A stretch of DNA of 45,929 bases, taken from the IMG/VR virus record IMGVR_UViG_3300022561_000003; one strand, written 5' to 3'. This document shows, piece after piece, positions 27,181 to 37,844 of this stretch (within the stretch, counting starts at the first letter, position 1; each line of letters begins with the position of its first letter). A program made the position numbers and the translations under genes. Source of the stretch: a virus. The notes beneath the pieces were generated by a model. That model did not search any database. It had not been told where the DNA came from and was given only the letters and a program-made list of their open reading frames with translations.

Positions 27181-27738
27181 ATGAGTAAAAAACTTAATGA
27201 ATATAATTTAAGTGGTGAATATGGGATAGGATATACCTCAAAAGGAACTGAATTTTATTTTGATATAGAAGATTATAATAAAATTAAAAATTTTACGTGG
27301 TATATTGGCAAAGATGGGTACGTAGTTGAAAAATATAAAAAGATAATGACTAGAATGCATAGATTAGTTATGAAACTAAATAAAGATAATCCTATTAAGG
27401 TGGATCATATTGATAGAAAACGAAATGATAACAGAAAAATGAATCTAAGATTTGCAACATCTAGTAAAAATGGCATGAATAAAGGATTACAAAGTAACAA
27501 TAGCACTGGATTTGTTGGAGTTTCATGGGATAAAAAGAATAATAAGTGGTATACTGCAATTAAAATAAATCAAAAAGTTGTTTTCATAGGAAGATTTAGT
27601 GATATAGATATTGCTATAACAGAAAGACTTAAAGCAGAAATAAAATACTTTGGAAAAGAATTTGCACCACAAAGAAATTTATTTGAAGAATATGGAATTG
27701 CTCAAGAGAAACAATTAAACAATAATTTAGTTTGCTAA
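27181..27738 (+). CDS. HNH endonuclease with C-terminal AP2 domain
   Basis: MHRLVM..VDHIDRKRNDNRKMNLR, STGFVGVSW..KW; RBS aaggag favours ATG 27181. Confidence 0.9.
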   Translation: MSKKLNEYNLSGEYGIGYTSKGTEFYFDIEDYNKIKNFTWYIGKDGYVVEKYKKIMTRMHRLVMKLNKDNPIKVDHIDRKRNDNRKMNLRFATSSKNGMNKGLQSNNSTGFVGVSWDKKNNKWYTAIKINQKVVFIGRFSDIDIAITERLKAEIKYFGKEFAPQRNLFEEYGIAQEKQLNNNLVC

Positions 27739-27765
27739 TAATCTCAAAAAGTTAGGTGAATATAA

Positions 27766-28785
27766 ATGAAAGAAATTAAGGAACTTTTATTATCTAATCC
27801 AGAACATATAGAAAATATACTCGTAACTCTTGGGTTTTATAAAGTTCATAAATATAAACAAGAAATCATGTGCTGCAACTCAGAAAAAGGAACAGGAGCT
27901 TCTATCCATATTAAACTTAATGATAGCATATCATGTAAGGACTATAAATATGGTGAGAAAGGTGATATATTCTCATTTCTTATGAAGAAAAGGCAAATAG
28001 AATTGGTAGATGTTCTAAATATAATTAAACAAGAACTTGGAATAGATTCTTTTACTTTCTCAGAAAAGCCAACAAATAATGTATTTGGAGGAGCCTACCG
28101 TAAGATAAAGAGAAATTCTCCGGATGAAAATAAAGATATAATTCTTCCGGAAGATACTTTAATTCCTTATTCTAATAAACTTAATATGAGATTTCTAAGA
28201 GATGGCATAAGCTTTGAGACACAAAGGAAATTTCAGATAGGGTTAGATCCATTTACACAGAGAATAACAATTCCTTGGAGAAATTTACAAGGAGAATTAA
28301 TAGGAATTATGGGTAGGTATGCAGGTAATGAGGAAGAAATACCTAGGTGGATGCCAGTAATACCTTTTCCTAAATTAAATGCTTTGTATGGATATTCAAG
28401 TAATTATAAATACCTTGTAGATTGTGATGTTTTATATCTCGGAGAAAGTGAAAAATTCGTACTTTTTTTGGACTCGGTAGGTATAAATACTTGTTTAGCA
28501 ATAGGAAGAAGTGAAATATCTTCAGGACAAATTAAAAGAATAATATCTCTTAATCCTAAAGAAATAATATACTGCATGGATGAAGGACTTCCAGAGGAAA
28601 TAAATATTAAGAACGTTAAGTTAACGCAACAGTTTTTGAAGTATCATAATATAAAAATAGGATACGTCTATGATGAAAATAATGAACTATTGCCAAAGGA
28701 CTCAAAGGCATCACCTACAGATTTTAATAAAGATATATTCTTGAGATTAGTTACAGAAAAAGTTAAGGAGGTGTTAGTATCTTAG
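27766..28785 (+). CDS. phage DNA primase (TOPRIM), YorJ-like
   Basis: GDIFSF, RITIPWRN..G.LIGIMGR, LYG, GESEK, CMDEG. Confidence 0.8.
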   Translation: MKEIKELLLSNPEHIENILVTLGFYKVHKYKQEIMCCNSEKGTGASIHIKLNDSISCKDYKYGEKGDIFSFLMKKRQIELVDVLNIIKQELGIDSFTFSEKPTNNVFGGAYRKIKRNSPDENKDIILPEDTLIPYSNKLNMRFLRDGISFETQRKFQIGLDPFTQRITIPWRNLQGELIGIMGRYAGNEEEIPRWMPVIPFPKLNALYGYSSNYKYLVDCDVLYLGESEKFVLFLDSVGINTCLAIGRSEISSGQIKRIISLNPKEIIYCMDEGLPEEINIKNVKLTQQFLKYHNIKIGYVYDENNELLPKDSKASPTDFNKDIFLRLVTEKVKEVLVS

Positions 28786-31700
28786 ATTTAATAAATAGAA
28801 TAATGCCAACATTGAAATTTAAGTTTCCATATACAGCAGAAGAATACTTAGAAAATTTATTTGTGGAAAATTATCACAAACATACAGATTATAGTAATGT
28901 TTTTTCACCGGATAGTGCGGAGTCTATTGAAAACTATGCGAAAAATACAGTCTTGTATTCAGGAAAGTGCCTTTTTAGTGGTGAGCATGGTAGTCAAGGC
29001 AATGTATTTCTTACATATAAGGTGGCTCAAGAGAATGGTTTGAAATACAGACATTCGACAGAGGCATATTGGGTAAAAGATAGAGTAAAAGAATATCCTG
29101 AAATTGATAAGGAAACAGGAAAATACAAAGTAGATGCAAAAACAGGAGAGATTAAAACTCATAAAGACAGAGCTAATTGTCATATCGTCTTAGTTGCAAG
29201 GAATCAGGAAGGACAAGAAGATATAAATTTTGCTTTATCCCTTGCAAATGAGGAAGGATATTATTATAAACCTAGATTAGATTTAGAATTACTTTTAAAT
29301 ATTCCTAAAAATAATATTTATGTATCGAGTGCGTGTATTGCAGGTTGGAAATATGAAGATGCTGAAGAAATGTGGCTAAAGATTCATAAACACTTTGGAG
29401 GTAATTTCTTCTTGGAGGTACAAACTCATAATACTCTTCCTCAGAAGGAATTAAATCAGAAAATATCAAGAATAGCAAAAGAAAATAATATTCAATTGAT
29501 ATGTGGTTTAGATAGTCACTTTACCAATCAAGAAAATAGTATTAAAAGAGATCAAATTCTTAAATATAAGGGTGTAACTTATGCAGAAGAAGAAGGTTGG
29601 TATCTTGATTATCCTAATGGAAAAGAGATATTTAAAAGGTTTAAGGAACAAGGAATTTTAAATAATACAGAAATTCTAACAGCTATGATGAACACGAATG
29701 TTTTTATTAATGAATGTGAAGAAACTTCTTTTGATAAGAGCTTTAAAATACCTTGTATATATCCAGGAACCACCTATGCAGAAAGAGCAATAATATTCAA
29801 AAAGATAATAAATGAGAGATATAAGCTTGAAAAACTTAAAACTCCTGAAAAAGTAAAAGGAATTATATATGAAGTTGAACAAATTGTAGATAGTGGAGTT
29901 GTAGATTATTTCTTATTGAATGATAAAATTATTCAGAAAGCAGTAAATGATTATGAAGGGATATTAACTACTACATCCAGAGGAAGTTCTGCTTCATTTA
30001 TAGTCAATAAACTCTTAGGATTTACTACAATTGATAGATTTAATTCAGAAATACCTATATATCCAGAAAGATTTTTAACAAAAGAAAGAGTTATGAGTGG
30101 ACAAATGCCAGATATAGATATGAATATCGCAAAACAGGAACCATTTATTCAAGCTACCAGAGATTTACTTGGTGAACATAGTTGTTATCCTTTGGTTTCT
30201 ATAGAAAAGCTCAAGAAGAAAGCAGCATGGCAACTATATGCTGGAGCAAATGACGTAGCTCCTGAAGATGCAAATGAAATATCTAAGTTTATATCAAAAT
30301 ATGATGAGAAAATGAAATATGCAGAAGAAATAGATAGAGAATTTATTCTAGTAGAAGATTTCATTCCAGAAGAGTATATGTCTTTATATGAACAGAGTTT
30401 AGAATATCAAGGAATTACTATTAATGCTAAAGCTCATCCTTGTGGATATTTATTGCTCGAAGGTGACATCCGCCGTAAGGTAGGATTAATAAGGACTACA
30501 TCTGAAACAACAGGTAAGTTTGTATTATGTGCTAATATTGATGGAGCTTATCTTGACGAATTTGGATATGTAAAAAATGATTTTCTTATAGTAGACAGTG
30601 TTCATTTGGTTTATGAATTATTTAAAAGTATTGGCAGAGAAGTTCCTAGCTTTGACGAACTTAGAGAAATGATAAAAGGAGATAAACCTACTTGGGATAT
30701 TTATGCAAATGGAATAACTTGTTGTATAAATCAATGCGAAAAAGAATCTACAACTAAGAAAGTAATGCAATATAAACCACAAAATTTAGCGGAGAGCTCA
30801 GCACTAATTGCCGGAATTCGTCCAGGTTTCAAATCTCTTCTTGGAAATTTCCTAGCGAGAGAACCTTATTCTACTGGAGAACCAGTAATAGATACTCTTT
30901 TAGAAGATACCTTTCATCAAATGCTGTATCAAGAAAATTTAATGAAGATACTTGCGTTCTTAGGAGTTCCTATGACAGACGCATATAGTGTAATAAAAGC
31001 TATAAGTAAAAAGAAACTAAAAGGAGAAAAGCTTGAAAAATTAGAGAATACACTAAAAGAAAATTGGTTGAAAATTATAGGTAATTTAGACAACTTTGAA
31101 AAGGTTTGGCAAGTATTTAATGATTCTGCCCGATATTCATTTAATGCACCCCATGCTTTGTCAATGGGAGGAGATAGTGCTTATGAAGCTTGGTTTAAGG
31201 CTCATCATACAGCAAAATTCTATGAAGTATCAATTAATCACTATCAGGCTAAGAACAAGAAAGATAAGATAGATGCTCTTATCAAAGAATCTATGATTCA
31301 CTTTGGATATAGATTAGGAGATTATGAATTTGAAAAAGATAATAGAAAAGTAAATGTGGATGAGGAAAACAAAATAATATATCCTAATTTATCTAGTATA
31401 AAAGGATTTGGAGAAGGGGTTTCTACTAAGCTATATGAAATGGGATTATCTAATTACACTGATTTTACTGTATTCCTAGATGATTTAAAAGGTGGAAAGA
31501 TAAATCGTACAGTAGTAAGCAAACTTATTAAACTAAACTACTTCAAGAAGTTTGGAGGAATAAATTATCTTTTAGAAGTTATGAATTGGTATGATACTTT
31601 AAAAGATACTAAGGAAATATTTAAAACAAAAGTAGTAGAATTAGGACTATCTTTAGAAGATGTATTGACATACGGAAATGAAACTGCTAAAAAGGTAACG

Positions 31701-32132
31701 AAATTAAGAACCGATGATTTGCTTAAGGATATTATATCTAAAGTAAAAGATACTCCTTTAACTCTTCAAGAAACTATTAAAAATCAAAAGGAAATACTTG
31801 GAATAATAACTCATGTTGATCCTTCCTATTCAGATAAAGTATTCTTTGTTTCAGAGTTAGAAGTTTTGAAGTCTATTACAAATATGAAACTCTACAGAAT
31901 CAAAGACGGTAAGCTTATAGACTTAAAAATGTGGAGTAGCAAGTTTTCTAAAGATGAATTTGTATTGGGAGATTTTCTTTGCCTAACAAAAGTAGATAAG
32001 AAAAATCGTCAGACTCCAACAGGAGAGATTAATCTTGATACCGGGAAGAAAATATATATGGATGTAGAAGATGTTTTTGAGTTTTGGTTAAATAAATATA
32101 AAGTTATAACATATGAATTTAATGAGGATTAA
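28779..32132 (+). CDS. dnaE: DNA polymerase III alpha subunit (start probably ATC 28779; first ATG 28803)
   Basis: PHP motifs NYHKHTDYS, EH, DSH; SRGS, PDIDMN, KNDFL, RYSFNAPHA. Confidence 0.93.
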   Translation: MLDLINRIMPTLKFKFPYTAEEYLENLFVENYHKHTDYSNVFSPDSAESIENYAKNTVLYSGKCLFSGEHGSQGNVFLTYKVAQENGLKYRHSTEAYWVKDRVKEYPEIDKETGKYKVDAKTGEIKTHKDRANCHIVLVARNQEGQEDINFALSLANEEGYYYKPRLDLELLLNIPKNNIYVSSACIAGWKYEDAEEMWLKIHKHFGGNFFLEVQTHNTLPQKELNQKISRIAKENNIQLICGLDSHFTNQENSIKRDQILKYKGVTYAEEEGWYLDYPNGKEIFKRFKEQGILNNTEILTAMMNTNVFINECEETSFDKSFKIPCIYPGTTYAERAIIFKKIINERYKLEKLKTPEKVKGIIYEVEQIVDSGVVDYFLLNDKIIQKAVNDYEGILTTTSRGSSASFIVNKLLGFTTIDRFNSEIPIYPERFLTKERVMSGQMPDIDMNIAKQEPFIQATRDLLGEHSCYPLVSIEKLKKKAAWQLYAGANDVAPEDANEISKFISKYDEKMKYAEEIDREFILVEDFIPEEYMSLYEQSLEYQGITINAKAHPCGYLLLEGDIRRKVGLIRTTSETTGKFVLCANIDGAYLDEFGYVKNDFLIVDSVHLVYELFKSIGREVPSFDELREMIKGDKPTWDIYANGITCCINQCEKESTTKKVMQYKPQNLAESSALIAGIRPGFKSLLGNFLAREPYSTGEPVIDTLLEDTFHQMLYQENLMKILAFLGVPMTDAYSVIKAISKKKLKGEKLEKLENTLKENWLKIIGNLDNFEKVWQVFNDSARYSFNAPHALSMGGDSAYEAWFKAHHTAKFYEVSINHYQAKNKKDKIDALIKESMIHFGYRLGDYEFEKDNRKVNVDEENKIIYPNLSSIKGFGEGVSTKLYEMGLSNYTDFTVFLDDLKGGKINRTVVSKLIKLNYFKKFGGINYLLEVMNWYDTLKDTKEIFKTKVVELGLSLEDVLTYGNETAKKVTKLRTDDLLKDIISKVKDTPLTLQETIKNQKEILGIITHVDPSYSDKVFFVSELEVLKSITNMKLYRIKDGKLIDLKMWSSKFSKDEFVLGDFLCLTKVDKKNRQTPTGEINLDTGKKIYMDVEDVFEFWLNKYKVITYEFNED

Positions 32133-32156
32133 ATAATAACTAAGGAGCGTGGATAA

Positions 32157-32678
32157 ATGATTAAATTTCTTATATCAATGATGATAGCATTTATTTTGCT
32201 CTATAATAATCCAACTATAATAATCCAAGAAGAACATAAGCCAGCTATAGAAACTGAAATAATAGAGAAAAAGGTAGAAGTTAAACCTAGAGTTGTAATA
32301 GTTAAAAAGAAACCAGTAGTAAAAAAGAAACCAACAGTAGTCAAGAAAGCTCCACAATTAATTAATATCATAATTTCCTATTACACAAACTCCATTGAGA
32401 ATTGTGGCAATACCAAAGGAATCTCTGCTAGTGGTAAGAACCTAACTTTGAGTAGAGGAGGAACATACGTAGCAGCTCCCAAGAACATTCCTTTTAAGAC
32501 TAAGATAAATGTCAAAGGGATAGGAGTTGTTACCGTAGAGGACAGAGGAGGAGCCATTAAACATGTCTGGAAAGATGGTAAGCAATATATGAAGCTAGAT
32601 GTATTTGTAAAAGGCGCAACTCAACATCAATTAGAGAAAATGGGAATTGTAAAAACTACAGGATATATAATAAAATAA
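32157..32678 (+). CDS. exported 3D-domain protein
   Basis: signal/TM N-terminus; ISASG, VAAP..IPF.T..., VEDRGGAIK, KLDVF. Confidence 0.85.
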   Translation: MIKFLISMMIAFILLYNNPTIIIQEEHKPAIETEIIEKKVEVKPRVVIVKKKPVVKKKPTVVKKAPQLINIIISYYTNSIENCGNTKGISASGKNLTLSRGGTYVAAPKNIPFKTKINVKGIGVVTVEDRGGAIKHVWKDGKQYMKLDVFVKGATQHQLEKMGIVKTTGYIIK

Positions 32679-32702
32679 ATGTAAAATACTTTCAGTAGAC
32701 TA

Positions 32703-32731
32703 TTGACAACTAAACAATAACTTGGTAGAAT
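32703..32731 (+). promoter_or_regulatory. sigma-A promoter overlapped by operator-like motif
   Basis: TTGACA-17-TAGAAT with extended TG; ACAACTAAACAATAACT. Confidence 0.8.
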
Positions 32732-32771
32732 ATAGGAAAGAGATTAATAATAATCCAGAGGAGGATATTAT

Positions 32772-33146
32772 ATGAAATTTCAAATCGGATCAAGTTTAAA
32801 AGTTAAAGAGGGTTTAGTAGAAGGCCGGTATTACAATGGAATGAATGGAGTATATTTCAACCCAGATATGGAGAAGTATTGTGGCATGGAAGCAAATGTA
32901 GTAGAAATTGAAAATGATAAATATAAATTAGATATTGACGATGGAGATTGGAGCTGGAATAATGCTATGGTAGAGGAAGTAATAGATTTTGAAGTAGGAA
33001 ATTTTGTTAAAGTTACAGATGGTGAATATCTTGGAGTAATACAAAATATTATACCGGATGATAATGGTAATAAAATGTATAGTTTAGACAAAAACAATGT
33101 ATATTTATTCAGTAAAGATCAATTAGAATTAATAAATAACAACTAA
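32772..33146 (+). CDS. two-module SH3-like phage protein, related to a module of 19808..21517
   Basis: DM.KY....LDIDDGDWSW vs DM.RY....LEIDGGDWSW. Confidence 0.75.
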   Translation: MKFQIGSSLKVKEGLVEGRYYNGMNGVYFNPDMEKYCGMEANVVEIENDKYKLDIDDGDWSWNNAMVEEVIDFEVGNFVKVTDGEYLGVIQNIIPDDNGNKMYSLDKNNVYLFSKDQLELINNN

Positions 33147-33166
33147 ATAATAACTTTAAGGAGGAT

Positions 33167-33631
33167 ATGTTAATGGATGGTAAAGAATTAATTTGGGTAT
33201 CAACAGAATTAAAAGAAGTATGGGATAAAGCAGGTTCTGAGGAAGAACAAACGAAAGTGTTTCTAAGAGCTATAGAGGATAGAAAGATTGACGTAAAATG
33301 TCAGATAGAAGCTCTTGAGGAGGATGTACTTCTCTTTAAAGGTATCGGAATAAAGTATAAAACTGAACTTGAAAAAGTTTATAATGAACAGTCGCTTCAA
33401 CTTGAAAAGATTTGGGAAGATTTTAATTGTAGTGACAAGATTGCAAAACAAGCACAGAAAATAAAAAGTACGTTATCACCTGTAATTGAAACTATGAAGA
33501 GTATTAATAAAGAATTTGATAGTGTTTCTACTTATAAAGTTGAAAATCTTATCTCAGTTATTGAAAAATTTAATAATATGGGCACAGAAGATAAAAGACT
33601 TCTAGAAATTTTATTAAATAGTCGAAAGTAA
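33167..33631 (+). CDS. coiled-coil hypothetical protein
   Basis: RBS aaggagg, 154 aa. Confidence 0.75.
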   Translation: MLMDGKELIWVSTELKEVWDKAGSEEEQTKVFLRAIEDRKIDVKCQIEALEEDVLLFKGIGIKYKTELEKVYNEQSLQLEKIWEDFNCSDKIAKQAQKIKSTLSPVIETMKSINKEFDSVSTYKVENLISVIEKFNNMGTEDKRLLEILLNSRK

Positions 33632-33772
33632 TTAACAAATAATTTTGGGGTTAAAATGAAAGAAATATCAGAACTTGAAACCTACTCATAGCCCCATTCT
33701 AAATCTGTTAAAAGAGCCATTTTAATAGATGAATAATATGAAAAAAATGTGTAACTAAAGGGAGTGATAAAA

Positions 33773-33997
33773 ATGTGTAAATATTGTGAGGGCGGAGAAT
33801 TACTTTATAAAGGAACTTGGTGGGAAGTTAGAATTTATAATGATTACGGTGAACGTGAATTATGTTCCGAGATTGATATACCAGGATATGCGGGTGTTTG
33901 TGATAATGTGACAGTAGATATTAAATTTTGTCCAATGTGTGGGAAAGAATTAACAAGTAAATCTAAATATCAAATAGAGGAAGAGAACTTAAAATAA
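33773..33997 (+). CDS. small zinc-finger protein (putative cassette gene)
   Basis: CKYC...FCPMCG; between sites 33709 and 34029. Confidence 0.75.
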   Translation: MCKYCEGGELLYKGTWWEVRIYNDYGERELCSEIDIPGYAGVCDNVTVDIKFCPMCGKELTSKSKYQIEEENLK

Positions 33998-34207
33998 TTA
34001 CGTCACACTTCAACCAAAGGATGTATTTTAAAAGGTCAATTTTATATTAATATTTATTACAATTAAACAATAATTTATAGGCTAGATTTAGCTAAATTAT
34101 TAAAAGTTGAAACTGGCTTATATCCCCATAGTCAATGTTATAAAAGGAAAATTTTATAAGATGAATGTAACAACTAAATAATAATTAAATTAGAGGAGGT
34201 TTTTGTT

Positions 34208-35452
34208 ATAAAAAAATTAAGAGTACGTACATTATTTAGTGGAATTGGTGCTCCAGAAATTGCATTAAGGGATGCTAAAATTCCTTATGAACTAGTTGAT
34301 TTCTGTGAGTTTGATAAATATGCAGTTAAGAGTTATTGTGCAGTACATAATGAATTAGAAAGCAAGAATTTGGGAGATGTAACAAAAGTTGATGGTAAAG
34401 AACTAGAATACGCAGATCTTATGGTATGGGGGTTTCCTTGTACAGATATTTCGGTAGCTGGACTTGTTAAAGGATTCATAGATGAAGAAGGAAATGTAAC
34501 TAGATCAGGATTATATTATGAAGGACTTAGAATACTCAGAGAAACTATGCCAAAATATTCTATAATTGAAAATGTAAAGAATTTAGTAGGAAAGAAATTT
34601 AAAGAACAGTTTGAGTCTATGTTAGAAGATATAAAAGGATTAGGCTATAATAATTATTGGAAAGTTCTCAATGCTAAAGATTTTGGTATCCCTCAAAATA
34701 GAGAAAGAGTATTTATAATTTCTATTAGAGAAGATGTTGATACTGGTAAGTTTGAATTCCCTAAAGCATTCGATAATGGATTAAGATTAAAAGATTTCTT
34801 AGAAAATAATATAGAACCTAAATATTATATATCTCAAGAGAAAACTGATAAATTAATTAGTCAATTAAAAGATAAAAATAATTTAATGCTAGATATGTGT
34901 CAATCTAAAAGAGAGGGACATCCAAGGGAATACACAGATTATTCGCCTACTCTAAGTGCAAGGGATTATAAGGAACCAAGATTAATAAATGAAGGGAGTC
35001 AAACTGAACCTAAAATAATTGCTTCAAGAGGAAGATATATTGATGGCAAAATAGAGCAACAATTTGAGCCTAGAAAAGATGATATAACTAACACTTTAAC
35101 CACTGTCCAAAAAGATAATTTGTTATTAGAAAACAAATGTGTTCAGCTTGGGAATTTGGAACAACCAGGATATCATGAATCATGCAATAGAGTATATTCC
35201 CCAGAAGGTATCGCAAGAACTCTTATGGGTGGCGGAGGAAATTTAAATGATAAAGCTGGACAGTATCTAATTGATTATAAAGTTAGAAGGTTAATACCAC
35301 TTGAATGTTGGAAACTTATGGGATTTACAAATGAAGACTTTCAGAAAGCAAAAGATGTTGGGATTTCAGATAGTCAATTATATAAACAAGCAGGAAATTC
35401 TATTGTAACAAATGTTTTGAAAGAAATATTTAAGAACTTATTTGACAATTAA
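34208..35452 (+). CDS. DNA (cytosine-5)-methyltransferase, probable ATA start
   Basis: Motif I LFSGIG lies upstream of the track's TTG; motif IV GFPC, VI ENV, VIII QNRERVF, X YKQAGNS; RBS gaggaggt 7 nt before ATA 34208. Confidence 0.92.
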   Translation: MKKLRVRTLFSGIGAPEIALRDAKIPYELVDFCEFDKYAVKSYCAVHNELESKNLGDVTKVDGKELEYADLMVWGFPCTDISVAGLVKGFIDEEGNVTRSGLYYEGLRILRETMPKYSIIENVKNLVGKKFKEQFESMLEDIKGLGYNNYWKVLNAKDFGIPQNRERVFIISIREDVDTGKFEFPKAFDNGLRLKDFLENNIEPKYYISQEKTDKLISQLKDKNNLMLDMCQSKREGHPREYTDYSPTLSARDYKEPRLINEGSQTEPKIIASRGRYIDGKIEQQFEPRKDDITNTLTTVQKDNLLLENKCVQLGNLEQPGYHESCNRVYSPEGIARTLMGGGGNLNDKAGQYLIDYKVRRLIPLECWKLMGFTNEDFQKAKDVGISDSQLYKQAGNSIVTNVLKEIFKNLFDN

Positions 35453-35544
35453 ATAATAATTTAGAAATTCAGTTAAAACATTCATTTTAAGATAAGAAAG
35501 GAGATAATATTATTAAAAATTCAAGATTAGGAGAATCAAAAAAA

Positions 35545-36267
35545 ATGAATTGTGGCGAAGTTGCAACAATAATTAAATACAATAAAGCCACTGATATTAT
35601 GATCAAATTTGAGGGAACCGGAGAACAAATCAACTGTGAATATGGAGATTTCAAAAAAGGTATGATTAAAAGCCATTTTTCACCTTCTGTTTTTGGTATA
35701 GGGATAGTAGGATTAACACTTACAGTTGATGAAAAAGGAAAGCAATTAGATAGTTACCATAATTGGATAGGAATGATAGATAGATGCTATAACAAAAAAC
35801 ATTCAATTAAAAGACCAACTTACGCAGAGTGTAAAGTATGCAATAAATGGTTAACCTACTCTACTTTTAAAAAGTGGTATGATAACAATTATTATGAAAT
35901 TGAAGAGGAAAAGATGTGCTTAGACAAAGATATCTTATTCAAAGGTAATAAAATTTACTCGCCAGAGACATGCATTTATGTGCCTAATAGAATAAATGTG
36001 TTGTTTACTAAAAGACAAAATGAGCGAGGTAAGTTTCCTATTGGAGTTGATTTTATAAAGAAAAATAATAACTATAGATCAAGATGTAATTATGAAAAGA
36101 ATGTTTCGGTTTATTTAGGATCATTTAGTACTCCAGAAGAAGCATTCATGCCTTATAAAATATACAAAGAACAATTGATTAAATCTATTGCAGATATATA
36201 CAAAAATAAAATACCAAAAAATCTATATAATGCTATGTATTATTATAAAATTGAAATGACAGATTAA
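35545..36267 (+). CDS. HNH-like homing endonuclease with AP2-like C-terminus (may start at ATT 35512)
   Basis: W..MIDRCY, VC..W..Y..F..W, LDKDIL..GNKIYSPETC, PIGV, YLGSF.TPEEA. Confidence 0.8.
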   Translation: MNCGEVATIIKYNKATDIMIKFEGTGEQINCEYGDFKKGMIKSHFSPSVFGIGIVGLTLTVDEKGKQLDSYHNWIGMIDRCYNKKHSIKRPTYAECKVCNKWLTYSTFKKWYDNNYYEIEEEKMCLDKDILFKGNKIYSPETCIYVPNRINVLFTKRQNERGKFPIGVDFIKKNNNYRSRCNYEKNVSVYLGSFSTPEEAFMPYKIYKEQLIKSIADIYKNKIPKNLYNAMYYYKIEMTD

Positions 36268-36293
36268 AAATAATATAAATAAGGAGATAAATT

Positions 36294-37397
36294 ATGAGTA
36301 GCAGCAACATTTTTATACCTAAGAAAATTAATGTGGGATTTCAAAGTAGAACCGACACATATACTAAGAAATTGGCTTATATTATTTATTATGATAATAA
36401 GGGGATACTTAGAAAAGAAAATTCATGGAACAGTTGGAGAGATGAAAAAATTGACAATATTATATTTGAAAATGTGCCAACCAGCGGATTCGTTCTTAAT
36501 AAAAAAGTAGGGGATTATTCATCTAATTGGAATCATCGTCAAGCTTATGTAAGAGTTTATGATTCTAGAGATTTTGAGTTTGAAATAACTATAGAAAATT
36601 TATTATATATTCTTGAAAATGCTTCATCAATAAAAGGCAAAGGATTAGAGGGTGACTTCATATATGGGTGGGATGGAAAGGACTTATTATTAATTCCAGT
36701 TGAATCTCCAGACTATATTGAAATTTCTAAATTTAGTAAGATGCTCCAAACTAATTTACATGTTAAAGCCAAAGAATTAATATTAGGAGCTACCTATAAA
36801 ACTAAACAAAATGAAGAATGGATTTACATGGGTAGATTTGATTATTGGAATATCAAGTACGATAGAGTTCCAATAGAGTCAGCGAGAAATTTTTATGGCT
36901 ACAGTAGTCAACAATATAAAAGTGTTTATAGCAATGTTAATAAGGGCAAGCATCATTATTTTGCTAGAGAATGTAAAAATACCTATAGTGAAGAAATATA
37001 TCTTTCAACACTAAAAATCAAAAGTTTAGGAGATAAATTTATTGAAGTAATTTCAGAAGAATGTGTAGAAAACTATGCAGAATTGTTTGATAAAATAGAA
37101 TGTACTAGAGATTATTCTCCATATGATGAGAGTAAAGACGTATATACTCCGTATACATTTGAAGAATACTTTGAAAAAGTTAATAGAAGTAATGGACTTT
37201 ATTGTTATGACTCTCAGAAAAAAGATAGACATATAAGCAAAGTATATAACAAAGAAAATATGTATTATTATGAAGAGAGAAGTAATTATAATTCAGAACG
37301 AACAGAAGGAGATATTGAGACAATATATAATACAATACAACCAATGTATAAAGATGAATATTTACAAAATGGTAAATTATATAAGGAGGGTAAATAG
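36294..37397 (+). CDS. hypothetical phage protein
   Basis: 367-aa ORF, RBS aaggag. Confidence 0.8.
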   Translation: MSSSNIFIPKKINVGFQSRTDTYTKKLAYIIYYDNKGILRKENSWNSWRDEKIDNIIFENVPTSGFVLNKKVGDYSSNWNHRQAYVRVYDSRDFEFEITIENLLYILENASSIKGKGLEGDFIYGWDGKDLLLIPVESPDYIEISKFSKMLQTNLHVKAKELILGATYKTKQNEEWIYMGRFDYWNIKYDRVPIESARNFYGYSSQQYKSVYSNVNKGKHHYFARECKNTYSEEIYLSTLKIKSLGDKFIEVISEECVENYAELFDKIECTRDYSPYDESKDVYTPYTFEEYFEKVNRSNGLYCYDSQKKDRHISKVYNKENMYYYEERSNYNSERTEGDIETIYNTIQPMYKDEYLQNGKLYKEGK

Positions 37398-37398
37398 T

Positions 37399-37812
37399 AT
37401 GAATAATACATCAAACGATTCAAAAATCATGACTTTAAAAACACAAATTATAAACAAGAGGAAACAATTAGACGGTGTTAAAAAGTTCTCTCCTATTACA
37501 AACTGCTCAATTGAGGTTGATGGAGTAAGATACAATATTAATGTATTAATAAAAGAACAACTTATCTCCCTCATGGTTAAATTAAACTCTTATATGATTT
37601 CTGCAAAGGAATTAAGATTGCTAGAGGAGTATATTATAAGTGGTTTTAATGTACAGGATTGGATCAGTGATATTAAAGCAAAACTAGATGTAGTTTCTCG
37701 CAAAGATGAAGAAAGAAAACTTAAAACTATGGAAGATAAGCTAGATTATTTACTTTCCAATGATAAAAAAGTAGAACTTGAAATTAGTGAAATTGAAGCG
37801 TTATTAAAATAA
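37399..37812 (+). CDS. hypothetical phage protein
   Basis: RBS aaggagg favours ATG 37399. Confidence 0.75.
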   Translation: MNNTSNDSKIMTLKTQIINKRKQLDGVKKFSPITNCSIEVDGVRYNINVLIKEQLISLMVKLNSYMISAKELRLLEEYIISGFNVQDWISDIKAKLDVVSRKDEERKLKTMEDKLDYLLSNDKKVELEISEIEALLK

Positions 37813-37844
37813 CAATTGAATAATAATTAAGGAGATGTAGATAT

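Noticed and set aside
28861-29043. 60-aa + strand ORF inside dnaE
   Set aside because: Out-of-frame overlap with the conserved PHP domain, no RBS
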